Origin: Stegostoma tigrinum
Lineage: Eukaryota
NCBI RefSeq assembly: GCF_030684315.1
Contig: NC_081388.1
Span: 16,600,093 to 16,664,092 of the forward strand
Direction: 5' to 3'
DNA: 64,000 nt
The position numbers were made by a program, and so were the translations under genes. Below are positions 13,591 through 26,966 of this stretch, piece by piece (within the stretch, counting starts at the first letter, position 1; each line of letters begins with the position of its first letter). The notes under the pieces are model-generated. The model saw only the letters and a list, made by a program, of their open reading frames with translations. It had not been told where the DNA came from and did no database searches.

Positions 13591-15394
13591 AAAGAGTCCA
13601 TATAAAGTAGTAATAAGAAGCTGTCAAGTGCCCTTATATCAGTCGGGGAAACTTAATGGATAGGAAGTCTGCCTGTGCCCCTGAACCTGTTTCTGCATCA
13701 CCTTGGCTTTGTTAATAAGTTAGCTGCTTGGTGGTGTATTGTGTACTAAAGACTTCAGTTGGGAGATTTTTTGCTCCAGAAACAGAGGTGACTACAGGCA
13801 AAAGCAAATAAATCTTGACAATGGTTCCACAACAGTTGAAACTTGATGCTGTAGCATAACCCTGTTTTAGGGCAAAATGTTTCCTATTGGGGCAATGACT
13901 TCCAGTTAAGGACCAAGGCAAAGCATCTTAAGTAACAGTCCTGGGACCTTTATTTAGTGGGTCCCTTGCATCCCTGCCATTCCCTTTCTTCAGTAAGTTG
14001 CATTTAATGTACCAGCTCCTGTATTAAGCTGGTGCCAAGGGTATGAACGTTAGAAACTGACTAAGGGTTAGAAGGAGCTTGGGGATTACTTGCATTAACT
14101 TTTAGCGGTCACTGAGCATACAGCCTAAATCTAAAGAACGTCCTTTACTCAACTTCGTACGCATTATATCAGATCGTCTTCTGTTCTGTTTATAAATAGC
14201 GCCAGCACATTCACCTGATAGTGTTTTCTACAGGGCAAGAAACCGCAGTTTTGTCCTGTAACTTTATAGGTGCTGACTTCTTCAGATATGGGCCACAATC
14301 AATTATTGCTGTTCAGGAGGATTTATTGGACAGTGAATTTAAAGCATTTTGTCCTTAATTCGTTTTTATAGTTGCCAGCATGGTCTGAACTTTCTTCCTT
14401 TTTCCACTGGAGACAAAATATGCAAAGTTATAAGCAAAGTATTCTAATATAAAATTCTGTTTTGTGTATTGTGTTTCATCTTATCTCTTCTGTTTTTGTT
14501 CCTCATGCTATCCCCTGGCTGGTTAGGAAGGTTCACGACATTTTCTCAGAGCCCAATCCATTATATCACTTGGAATGTTTCTATTTTTGATTCTTCCCAA
14601 TTTCATGGCACTGCATGTTTAGCCCAAATACATATGACCGACTAATACATTGATGGATCTGGTCAGCTGTTGAGCTCCATCCCTGGTCTGAGTTAAATTA
14701 ATTTCCACACCTGTAGAGGTAATTGGCAAAAGAGTCAAAGGGAAGATGTAAATATATTTGTTGTTTAGTGCACAACGTTGTTTTGTTTTGAATGAATAGG
14801 TGATTGAAGCAGTAACCTTTCTAAAGGTCATTGGATATTATGCGTACTTTTGGTAGTGAAAACAATTGGAGTGGCAATTCAAAGAGCTGATGCATAGGCG
14901 ATGGGCTGAAAGGCCTCCGAAGTAGACAGAGCAGGTTAAGACTGTACTGGTGCTTGCTATACCCTTTCATAATGATCGTTGCTAACCTCCTTTATTTCCC
15001 CTTTCTACCTACATCCTTTGATTCTCTGAGAGACTAAAAATGCATTTGTCCCAGCCTTATCTATACTTAACGTAGAGCATCCACAACCCTCTAGGATAGA
15101 AAATTCCAAAGATTCAGCTTTCCTGAGTGTAGAAATGTTTCCATGTTTACTGCACTCTAAGATTCTATCTGTATCTAGAGACCTTCGCGCGTAGTGCAAC
15201 ACTTGCACAAAAATGTTCAATGGCAATAAACCAATACAAATTTTCTTTATCAACGCCATGCTTCCTATCCCAGAACATAGTTTTCATAAACATGACGAGT
15301 TTGTTTTTTTGTTTGATAGCTTCTAATGCAAGCATGCTGTTTGTTAAATGTCCATTGATCCATAGTTGACATCCAGGCAGTCAAGGTATTTGGT

Positions 15395-15526
15395 TCAGAG
15401 ATAGTAGGAACTGCCAATGCTGGAGAATCTGAGATAACACGGTGTGAAGCTGGATGAACACAGCAGGCCAAGCAGCATCAGAGGAGCAGGAAAGTTTGAC
15501 GTTTCGGGTCAAGACCCTTCTTCAGA
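15395..15526 (-). mobile_element. Penelope-derived mini-element with hammerhead core
   Basis: 12-bp TSD AAGGTATTTGGT (15383-15394, 15527-15538); - strand TTT-CTGAAGA-A-GGGT(CTTG)ACCC-GAAA-CGTC-AAA. Confidence 0.85.
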
Positions 15527-16055
15527 AAGGTATTTGGTACACTTGCTTTTATTGGTCAGTAGGAGTTAGGATGCACAGGATGTTGTTTCGGCCGCTACTG
15601 GAATACTGCATTCAATTCTCGACTCCCTGCTGTAGGAAAGATATTGTTAAACTTGAAACAGTGCAGAAGAGATTTACAAGGATGTAGCTGGGGTTAGAAG
15701 GTTTGAGCTTATAGGAAAAGGCTGAACAGGCTGGGGCTATTTTCCCTGGAACATCAGAGGTTGAGGGGTGACCTTATAGAGGTTTATAAAATTATGAGGG
15801 GCATGGATAGGGTGAATAGCCAAGGTCTTTTCCCCAGCGTAGGGGTGTCCAAAACTAGAGGGCTTAGGTTTAAGGTGAGAGGGGGAAAAAATTAAAAGGG
15901 ATCTGAAGGGCAACTTTTTCACACAGGATAGTGCGCAAGTGGAATGAGCTGCCAGAGGAACTGGTGGAGACTGGTACAATTACAACATTTATAAGACAAA
16001 TGGATGGATATATGAATAGGAAGGGTTTAGCAGGATATGGGGCAAATGCTGGCAA

Positions 16056-16259
16056 ATTTTCAGTGAAAATTCAGTCTTTATGTTGAGTGATTGGAATATG
16101 TCCAGATTGGTTGACTCTTGGCTGTTAGTCACTTGAGAGATTGTAACAGATTATCACTGATATTCCAGGCTTATCAATAGGAAAATTCCAGCTGGGATAA
16201 GAGGGTATTATTGGAAGACGTAGCATTGCAATCAGAATAACATTGAAACCAAAGACTAA
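16056..16259 (+). repeat. 204-bp direct duplicate of 17427-17630
   Basis: Hand alignment: 6 substitutions, no indels, offset 1371. Confidence 0.95.
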
Positions 16260-16433
16260 ATATGGGACTAGATTAATTTGATGTCTGGTTGTCATGGACA
16301 AGTCGGACCAAAGGGTAAGTTTCCATGCTGTACAGCTCTATGACTCTATCTTGGGTTGTGCTTTATAAAATTTCCAGTGTGTTATCTTCCCAATGACTTT
16401 TGCCTTCATCTCGATCTCAATCAACACAAAAAG

Positions 16434-16530
16434 TGAAGGGTCTAGGCCCGAAATGTCAGCTTTCCTGCTCCTCTGGTGCTGCTTGGCCTGCTGTGTTCAT
16501 CCAGCTGTGCACCTTCTTATCATAGAATAT
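16434..16530 (+). mobile_element. Truncated Penelope-derived mini-element
   Basis: tgaagggtctaggcccgaaatgtcagctttcctgctcc...gtgttcatccagc. Confidence 0.75.
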
Positions 16531-16580
16531 CCGAGATCTGAGTTTAAATTTTGCAGTTTTTTTTTATTATTGCTTTCCAG

Positions 16581-16686
16581 GCCAACCATGATCAAGTATG
16601 GCATCAACAACATCCGTGAGCTGGTGGGACATAAGGTGAACCTGCAGATGGTGTACGATAGCCCAGTATGCCGCCTGGATCCCTAG
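16581..16686 (+). CDS. FARSA: FARSA terminal coding exon
   Basis: ttccag|G CCA ACC ATG...CCC TAG; [34 protein letters not shown]. Confidence 0.97.
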
Positions 16687-17738
16687 CGTTCAGCACAAAC
16701 TGACTCTTTCTGAAGTGTGTGCTCTACACATCTTTAGCCTGAGAAAAGTTTTCACTATATTTATGTTTGGGAGATTAGGGGAGAGGCAGAGTAAAATTTT
16801 GGGCTTTCTAGCCCTGGGAAATGGCTTACTATCACTTGGCCTTACTATTTCACTGCCTCAGCTAAAATCACAGTGTTCATGTTCCAGTTATTTTTAAGTT
16901 GGTCCTTTAAAACATCGCATGGAGTTGACACATGAACTTTGGTTATTGTGGAAACATGAGAGACATCAAATTGAAATAGCAGTGGAAGCTGGAATTGAAC
17001 TGCAAGTCAGTTGAAGTAAAAAGTTTAATTTTTTAATGTTTGGACTGTTACCCAAATTGTTCTTATTGGCTAGGTACACTGGAACCTTATCTAATTAGCA
17101 CTATACAGAGCATAGTATGACATCATGAACTAGCTCAAAGGAAGCAGTGTTTTTAGTCATTGTGCAATCCTTTTTTTATAATTAGTTCTGGTCATGGCCC
17201 CTTTCCTTTCTTTGTTTTATACAGTGAGGCCTTCTGAAAGGCTGTCACTGTGGCATATACCTCATTAACAATGTCTTGATTCCCGGGCAGTATGTTTATA
17301 ACAGCCATCTTGTATCAGAAATTTAAATGGGAACTGTAATCCAAAGCAATAAATGGAGCAAAACTAAAGTATATTCTATGGTGTTTCATTTCTTGGTCAA
17401 TTAACCCCAAGATCTGCCTTAGTTTTATTTTCAGTGAAAATTCAGTCTTTACGTTGAGTGATTGGAATATGTCCAGATTGGTTGACTCTTGGCTGTTAGT
17501 CACTTGAGAGATTGTAACAGATTATCACTGCTATTCTAGGTTTATCAATAGGAAAATTCCAGCTGGGATAAGATGGTATTATTGGAAGAGGTAGCATTGC
17601 AATCAGAATAACATTGAAACCAAAGACTAACAAATTTTACACCTCTGAGTAACCAGACACCCACCTAAAGTTTCTTTATAAAATATTGAATCTATTCAGA
17701 CTGACAGCCAGTGCCGGTCTTGCAGACAAAGAATGTTT

Positions 17739-17744
17739 AATAAA
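17739..17744 (+). promoter_or_regulatory. Candidate FARSA polyadenylation signal (another AATAAA at 17348-17353)
   Basis: AATAAA about 1.05 kb after the stop in repeat-poor sequence; usage not provable from DNA. Confidence 0.45.
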
Positions 17745-18928
17745 GCTTGGAATAGGAACAATTGCGCTCTGGAAGATATTGCCAGCATTTCCATAAACAA
17801 TTCTAGGGGTTGGGAAGAGCAGCACATGGTAAGAATGGATTTGTAAGAGTTATTTTAATTGGCTTGTTTGGTTATGTTGTGAAACACCTGCAGCTCAGGT
17901 AGGACTTGAATCTGGACCTTCTGGCTCAGATAGGGGATGCTGTCGCAGAGCCAGACAAGCCCAGGGTCTCATAGGATGTGGCACCATACTAAATCACTCA
18001 TTCAAGTTAACAATCGATAATTTTTCAGTGCAGTTTCACTTGACCAGCATAGGACCCTTTTGACGCTATGACATGTCATCACTTATACCTGTTCGTTGCC
18101 AAGTGCTGCCAGCATGGCCATTGGTTAAGTGCTGCTGAGATGCTGCAGTCATGTGGGTGGAAACTGCTGAAAGGAGCCCAAAGCCTAGAACATTTGCTTG
18201 AAGTAACAGAATTTCATAGGTGTGCAAGCCTTTGGGGTAGATACAACAGGAAATTATTCAAATATGAGGAGAGATGAGCTAAGAGGAAGGATTGATGCTA
18301 ATTGCAGCCAAGACAGCAAGCAAATTAAGCAAAATATATAAAACACTCTGAAGATAAATTCCAAATATTTCATTGATATAAGGAAGAATATTGGAAGAAA
18401 TGGTTTTGAGGATAAGCTAGAGAAAAATGCAGGAAAAAATGCCTTTGTACACATATCTGGAATAGCCTGATCAGGAGGGAATTGTGACCTAGCCTCTAGA
18501 GGCATTCAAAAAAAATTGGATTCTCATATAGCAGAGCTAAAATTGCAAAATGTGAGGTTTGAGGGTTAAATTCATTTGATGCTCCCTCCGATGAAGTAAC
18601 TTGGGATAGTTTGCCCTATGTTAAAAGGTGCTATATAAATGCACAGCTTTCCCTTGACAACTTGCCATTCTATTCATAAATGCAGTGGCCATGTGTTTTT
18701 GTTATATATATGTATATATTGTACAGTTAATTCTGCTACATCCGGAAATACATTAAGGTTTCAGAAAGTCACAAGTTAATTTGTCAACATTCGGCTTACA
18801 AGAAACTAACTCAGTGGTGATGGCAGCTGATGTCATTAGACTGAATTCAGTTGGTGCTCGTGATGGTATGAGGATTTTTCAGTTTGAGTCCTCTTTGGTT
18901 AATCCATCCCTCGATTCCTAGTTGGAAG

Positions 18929-19080
18929 TCATGTCTGTTGTGGTAAATGCAGTGTTTGGTTTTCTTCTGGGATTTGGATTGCCTCCTGATTCTGGAGCGG
19001 GTACAGCAGTGTTTCACGAGTGATGCACTTCAGGTCATTGCCAGTCTCTGTGTCATGCTGCCTTGGACCAAATATGCAAT
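18929..19080 (-). CDS. SMIM44: SMIM44-like protein, terminal coding exon 2
   Basis: Minus-strand acceptor ttttcacaatgtgtttcccaacag|; phase-1 join gives DCIFGPRQHDTETGNDLKCITRETLLYPLQNQEAIQIPEENQTLHLPQQT*, matching the DWAFGP continuation of SMIM44; 130 aa in total. Confidence 0.85.
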
Positions 19081-20699
19081 CTGTTGGGAAACACATTGTG
19101 AAAAGAAAACTTCAAGTGACTAATTTCTACCTAGTGCTATAGAATGATACAGCATGGAGGTCACACTACCCACTGGAGAGCCACAAGTTTGTCCTATTTC
19201 TCCTGCCCTTTCTCCACATCCCTACACTCCCCACTTCGAATATTTATTCCAATTCCATTTTACAAGTTATTTAATATGTTTCACCACTCTTAAGCTCTTA
19301 TGTTCCACATGGCCTAACATGCAAGACTGAAAATATCTCTTCTAGGGCTCATTTCCCAGCAATTTGAAAGGTTGTTCAAGAATGGAAGGTAACCTTGTAT
19401 TTCACCAGCAGCCTTAGCATTCACAAAATAACCCAAAGCACTCCACCTGATTTTACGCTAAATTGTTATGGTTAAGAAAATTAAGTAACCAATTTGCATC
19501 AAGCATAATTTATGCAAAATGCAAATGAGAAATTAGCAGATGTGGTTATGCTGGTTGACACATAAATATTGGACAAGAAACAGGATGGACCCATTGCTTA
19601 TCTTTGAGCTGTCCCACGAAGGTTGGCTTAACAACCCATCTGATTCCATACTGCATCACAGCCTTAGCCTGGATTCTATGCTGGAACAGACTTTAGCTCT
19701 ATGACCTTACAAAGCCATACCTGTAACCAACTAAGTCTGTGTAACATGGGTACTGAGCACAGAGCTGGAGAACATGAGACACAGCTGACCAGACCTATGT
19801 TTTTTTTTATTTTAGAAATTCTGAATTTATAGATCCCAAGGAGCTGTAGTGACAATGAATTGTGACTAAAGTTTGTCACTTATTACGGAGCAGGCAATTT
19901 TGTTTCAGGATTGCTAAGTGAAATAAGTTGGAAAAGGGTTCAGCAGCTAGCATGGGATGGGGAAGTTACAGTCATTATACCCTCCTTAAACTTGGTAGTC
20001 TTTGTTCTTGAGTGGGATGAGGATATCACTGCCAGACCCAGCATCTGTTGCTCATCCTTAATTGCTACATATGAGTGCCTTGCTTGGCCATTTCTGAGAG
20101 GAGTTAGGAATCAGCAATTTTGCCATGTACTTGGAGTTGCATTTAGATCAGATTGGGTAGGGACAACAGATTTCCTTCCCTAATGGATGTTTGTGAACCA
20201 GAAAGGTTTTTGCAACAATTGAGTTGTTGCTGCGGTCACCATTACTGATGTAATCAAATCTGGGCCTAGTTCTAACACCCAGACTTTTACATTGAAAGTA
20301 AAATAACTGCTTTCTGTGGTCAGGTGGATTCAGGCAAACAAAGTATTATAGAGATTTGGCTTTTAGTTGCCTGATGTTATAATTTTCTGAATCATACATA
20401 GTTTGGGATAGTGGGAGTTAATCTGGCTCCTAATGCAGCCAGATTGTTACAAAATCTCAGCCTGTCCATCAGTTCTTAAATCTGGTTTCCAATAGTCCTG
20501 AGACATTGCCCCACCCCATGTGAACATTCCCTTTCTGAAAGCTACAATTGAACCTAATTCTGCCATCTTATTTGAGCAACATATTCCTCATCATAACTTA
20601 TTTTGGAAGAAAATAACAGCTCTTCACCTTAATTTCTTTGCCAGTCATCTTAAATCTGTTTGCTGTCTTGCCACTTCCTGTCTTTTTTTAAAATCACTT

Positions 20700-21095
20700 G
20701 ACTATCATGGACTCGTAGAGGTGTACAGCACAGAAACAGATCCTTGTCCATGGCATTCAGATATTCTACATTAAACTGGTCCCATTTGCCAGCATTTGGT
20801 CCCGATCCCTCTGAACCCTCCCTATACATGTACCCATCCAGATGCCTTTTAAATGTTGTAATTGTACCAGCTTCCATCACTTCCTCTGGCAGCTCATTCC
20901 ATACACACACCACCCTCTGCATAGAAAAAGTTGCCCCTTAGGCCCCTTTTAAATCTTTCCCGTCTCAGGTTAAATCTATGCCCTTTAGTTTTGGACTCTT
21001 CTACCCTATGGAAAAGACCTTGGCTATTCACCCTATCCAAGCCCCTCATGATTGTTTTCCTCTATAAGGTCACCCTTCATCTTTCACTCCAGGAA
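20700..21095 (-). mobile_element. CR1-type LINE 3' fragment
   Basis: QRVVCVWNELPEEVMEAGTITTFKRHLDGYM. Confidence 0.85.
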
Positions 21096-21515
21096 CTGTC
21101 TCGAGAATAATCCAGTTTTTCCATTTCCTTGATACACACACATCTGATTTGAGGGGTTAGTGTTGCTGGATATTAATATTGTACAACTGTGTGCTTTGAA
21201 CCTAGATCCCCAGAAAAATACTTGGATTAACAATCTACTGATAATACCAATAAACCATTGCCTCCTGTTAACATCTTTTTAACCATTTTAGAGAATCTCT
21301 GCTAAATAATTCCAAGAGGTTCCATCAGTGCAACCAGTACAACATTTTCATCAGCAGTAACCAGTTCCCAATTTGCCGAGACCTTCAATACAGATTGCCC
21401 AGGATGAGACTGGGCATTGGATTATTACATTTCCGGTCACATTAATGACAACAAACTGCTGCTTTTCAATCCCAAAGGTTCAGTTTTATACACTATTTTA
21501 CTGTACTTTCTCCAC

Positions 21516-22371
21516 AACATAGAACATTACAGCACAGCACAGTACAGGCCCTTCGGCCCTCAATGTTGTGCCGACCTGTCATACCGATCTGAAGCCCATC
21601 TAACCTACACTATTCCATGTACGTCCATATGCTCATCCAATGATGACTTAAATGTACCTAAAGTTGGCGAATCTACTACCGTTGAAGGCAAAGCGTTCCA
21701 TTCCCTTACTACTCTCTGAGTAAGGGAACTACCTCTGACATCTGTCCTATATCTTTCACCCCTCAATTTAAAGCTATGCCCCCTCGTGCTTGCCGTCACC
21801 ATCCTAGGAAAAAGGCTCTCCCTATCCACCCTATCTAACCCACTGATTATTTTATATGTCTCAATTAAGTCACCTCTCAACCTTCTCTCTAACGAAAACA
21901 GCCTCAATTCCCTCAACCTTTCCTCGTAAGACCTTCCCTCCATACCAGGCAACATCCTAGTAAATCTCCTCTGCACCCTTTCCAAAGCGTCCACATCCTT
22001 CTTATAATGCGGTGACCAGAACTGTACGCAATACTCCAGGTGCGGCCGCACCAGAGTTTTGTACAGCTGCAGCATAACCTCTTGTTTCCGGAACTCGATC
22101 CCTCTATTAATAAAAGCTAAAACACTGTATGCCTTCTTAACAGCCCTGTCAACCTGGGTGGCAACTTTCAAGGATCTGTGTACATGGACACCGAGATCTC
22201 TCTGCTCATCTACACTACCAAGAATCTTACCATTAGCCCAGTGCTTTGCCTTCTGGTTACTCCTACCAAAGTGCATCACCTCACAGTTGTCTGCATTAAA
22301 CTCCATTTGCCACCTCTCAGCCCAGCTCTGCAGCTTATCTATGTCTCTCTGCAACCTACAGCATCCTTCGT
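21516..22371 (-). mobile_element. 5'-truncated young CR1-type LINE (post-RT ORF2 C-terminus)
   Basis: LQRDIDKLQSWAERWQMEFN...RPHLEYCVQFWSPHY...WNALP; near-identical to 36241-37105. Confidence 0.95.
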
Positions 22372-22664
22372 TAATTTGAAAACAAGATGCTGTAAAAACA
22401 CAGCAAGTTTGCAGCAAATAGTGGAGACAACAACCTAGTTCACGTTTTGGAGAAAAGCTCTATTCGACTTGAAACATTAACTCTCGTTTCTGTCTCCCCA
22501 AATGCTGCTGAATTGCTCTAGCCCTTCTGATTTATCCCCACATCCACAGCGTTTTATTTAAAGTATGAAACTGCTTTACAGCTTTGTGGCCAGTAGGACT
22601 GAGGGTTATTCTCAACAAATAATTGAGTATAGCTGATCATCGGTCGCATTGCTTGAATGTTGCA

Positions 22665-23650
22665 CTGTGCTAGAAGAACGATATCTCATTTTCCACTTGG
22701 GGGCCCTGCAGCCCTCAGGACTCAATATTCAGTTTAATGCTTTTGCAGCCTGAACATCTTGTTCTATGCCCTATATCCACTTACACGCCCAGCAATGACA
22801 TGGGCCACTTTCAGCACAGTCAGTCCAATCTCACCCACTCATGGTCCCCATTGTCAGCTTTTCTCCTTCCCTATTAACTATGCATCATCATCTTGTCCAC
22901 CTAACTCCTTCTCTCTCAAACAATAAAACAGAAGTTGTTGGAAAATCTCAGCAGATTTGGCAGCATCTGTGAAGGAAAAAGACAAGAGTTAACGTTTCGT
23001 GTTCAGTGACCCTTCCTCAGAACTGATGGTGGCTGGGAAAATGTCAGTTTATATGCAGAAAATAGGGAGGTAGGTGGGGGAGGGAGTAAACAATAGAGCC
23101 TTAAGAGAGAGGAAGACAGTTGGACAGAAAAAGGAGTTGGTAACAATCAGGCTGGGAGAGTAAATAGTTGTTAATGGGGACAATTAGTGACTTACAACAG
23201 GTATTGTCATGGCAGGCTGTGATAACAAGGTCTGGCTTTTGGTGTGGAGGGTTGGGACATTGGAGAGTTTTGGCCCTAAAATTATTGAACTTGATATCGA
23301 GTCTGGAGGGCTGCAGGGTTCCTAAGCAGAAAATGAAGTTTCAGACCTGCTGAGCTTCTGTGTTTATTTCTGATTTGCAGCATCTGCTGTTCTTTCAGTT
23401 TTTATTCTCTCACAGCCCCCAGCCCTCCACCTCTCCCACACTCTGTCGCTCTAACTCTTGGTTTCTCTTTCTTTGGGATCCATCTCTCCGTTTTCCTCTC
23501 CTCACCCCTGTCTTCAGCAGGTCCACTACCTTTTCCTACCTACTATCAGTCCTGAAGAAGGGTCACTGGCTCAACATGTTAACTCTGCTTTCCCTCCACA
23601 AATGCTGCCAGACCTGCTGAGTGTCCAGAAATTTCAGTTTTTTTGCTGCA
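22665..23650 (+). mobile_element. Penelope-like element 3' end with a second, antisense Penelope 3' end nested inside (22918-23410)
   Basis: + LEERYLIFHLGALQPSGLNIQF (22670-22735); - FIFCLGTLQPSRLDIKF (23337-23287); each is followed by a hammerhead-like terminal repeat. Confidence 0.75.
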
Positions 23651-24300
23651 ACCAGCTGGAGAGGTTGAACTGGGTGATGCACAGATGTAGTATTCTGCTG
23701 CTTATTTGAACTGTCCGCAAATTGGATTGCCTTTTTAAAGACCATAACATCGGATTGATGTGAATAGAGTCAAAATTCTTTGTTCTGAGAAATACTGAGT
23801 GACTAGCAAGATTGGGGTTTGTGGTGGAAGAGGTGTTTATACAGATGTGCAGTCACTCCACTCTCCATGGTGTAACAACAATACATTTCTCAGATCAAGC
23901 ATCATTTTTTGATCACACATGATACTGAATAAGACACCCACAAGTGAGGTGATTAAAACCATTGCTGCTATTAAACAAGACTTGCTGAGGTCTGGGAAGC
24001 TTTTAATCCAAATGCGTGTGGCTTATGTAAAGGTCAGCCACTTCAATGGTAGCATGCTGTTCAACTGTTAATTGCATTGATTTATCAGGGTGCAACTGAA
24101 TAATTCATTTCAGCAGATCACATGGTTTAAGGTATTAATCCCCTCCCAATGTATTACAAGACAGTGACTGGGAGTTATCTAAGTTTAGTTCCTAGGCAGT
24201 GTGATGTTTTGTGACTACAACTGTTGCTGAAGTCTCAAAGTATCACTCTGAGACAAGGGGTATTGTTCTTCACATGTGATCATAACATACTTAATTATAA

Positions 24301-24519
24301 CAAAAACAAATTTGCTGGAAAAGCTCAGCGGGTCTGGCAGCTTCCGTGTAGGACGAAACAGTGAATGTTTTGGGTCCGATGACCCTTTCTGAGAACCCGG
24401 ACCTGAAACATTAACACTGTTTTTTCCTTCGCAGATGCTGCCAGACCCGCTGAGCTTTTCCAGCAACTTTGTTTTTATTCCTGATTTACAGTGTCCGCAA
24501 AGTTTTTCTGGTTTATGTC
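24301..24519. mobile_element. Palindromic Penelope-derived mini-element
   Basis: Inverted arms gctggaaaagctcagcgggtctggcagc / gctgccagacccgctgagcttttccagc; 9-bp TSD TAATTATAA. Confidence 0.8.
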
Positions 24520-25967
24520 TAATTATAAGTTGGATGTTGTAGTCTTTAAGGTGACCTAACCTAACATAGTGTAGAAATGGATGTATCAGTGGCCACCCCA
24601 TGTGTTATGCCACACAAGGGTCACCTGGTTCAATATCTATTAAAATAATGGGTCATTGCCTAGGTACTGAGGTATGGTACAACTGGAAACAACCTCCTGG
24701 GGCTGAAGGATGTGGATCATCTTTGGTCAGCACAACACAGACTGGGAGTAGCATCAACTGTGATGGTTGCCTTGGTCAAGTAGTCTGCCAGTTATTCAAA
24801 GGCTGGGCATTGGCATGAGGCTAGCCCACGTACAACTATGCCTCTATGGAAGTTGTACCTTGAGGAGGGAGAGAGATCACCAGAACGAAACATTGAAGTA
24901 CTCCTGTATTGATCATGTTCCTACTGGTAAAATAGCAACTAACTAAGATATGTGCATCTTGCTTAGACAGGTATCCTTTGAGAGTGAAAGGCAAAGAAAG
25001 AAAAGTGTTACCCTGGCCTTAATTCCTTTCAAGTGCATTTTCTGATGGCCAGAGCATTTTTTCCTGTTCAGACAGCACCTCCTTCCACACTGGTGAATCT
25101 AGCCCAGTGACATTTCCTCAGCCAACCCGATTCGAGGAGTTACTGTTACTGGATCTTAATATGATGCAACTGTTAACCCAGCATCTATTGAGAGCTGCAG
25201 AGTTAAATCAGGTAACCGTAATTGACTAGTCTCATAACACTACAAAACAGATTTACATTAGAGGAACGATATCAGCATATTATGTATTGGATTGCAAGTA
25301 ATTAATAGATTTTTACAGCTCTCTGTAAAGCCAACATAATGATTTTTTTTGGAGTGTGTTAATCTTTTGCAGGCACTCAGTGTGGTGATGTTGTTCATTC
25401 TTGGGCTGTAGGGTATTGCTGGCAATGTCAGGATTTATTGCCCTTCCCCAAGTCTTGTTGAAAGATGGTGGTGAATCAGCACCTTGAACCGCTGCAGTAT
25501 GTCTATGGTGTCAGTGCACCCACAGAGCTGTCCAAGAAGGGATTTACATGGTTTGATCCAGCAATGGTGAAGAAATGGTGATTTAGTTTCCAAACAAGCT
25601 AGTGTGTACGTTAGAGGATAAACTACAAGAGCTGGTGTTCCTGTGTGGCTGTCACCCTTAGCCCAGGTAGTCATAAATATCCTGGGAGTGGAAGGTCTGC
25701 CAAAAGCATCTGCAAGCAGGTTTTAAAAAGTGACGCACTAATCTGTTTTTCTGGTGCCATAAATTGGCTATGACGGCCGGGAGACTCCTTGGTCTCACTG
25801 GTATTTTATGATCTGATTAGATAGTTGAGATTAAGTAATATCTAATCCTAGATGTAACAAAGCAGCAACCTCATAACCATATGGCAGATTGTCAACTGTG
25901 AGGAAAAGTGGTGGAAGTGTAAGCGTTACACAGACTCTGGGACTTCTATTCCCTTGTTGATTTTTAG

Positions 25968-26966
<999 letters not shown>

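Larger units (their letters stand above)
15380..16350 (+). mobile_element. CR1-type LINE 3' fragment carrying two secondary insertions
   Basis: RPLLEYCIQF...LETVQKRFTRM, and tail ctctatgactctat. Confidence 0.85.

Noticed and set aside
17880-17960. tRNA gene suggested by A/B-box-like motifs (also 33095, 56680)
   Set aside because: No intact cloverleaf; these are diverged SINE heads.
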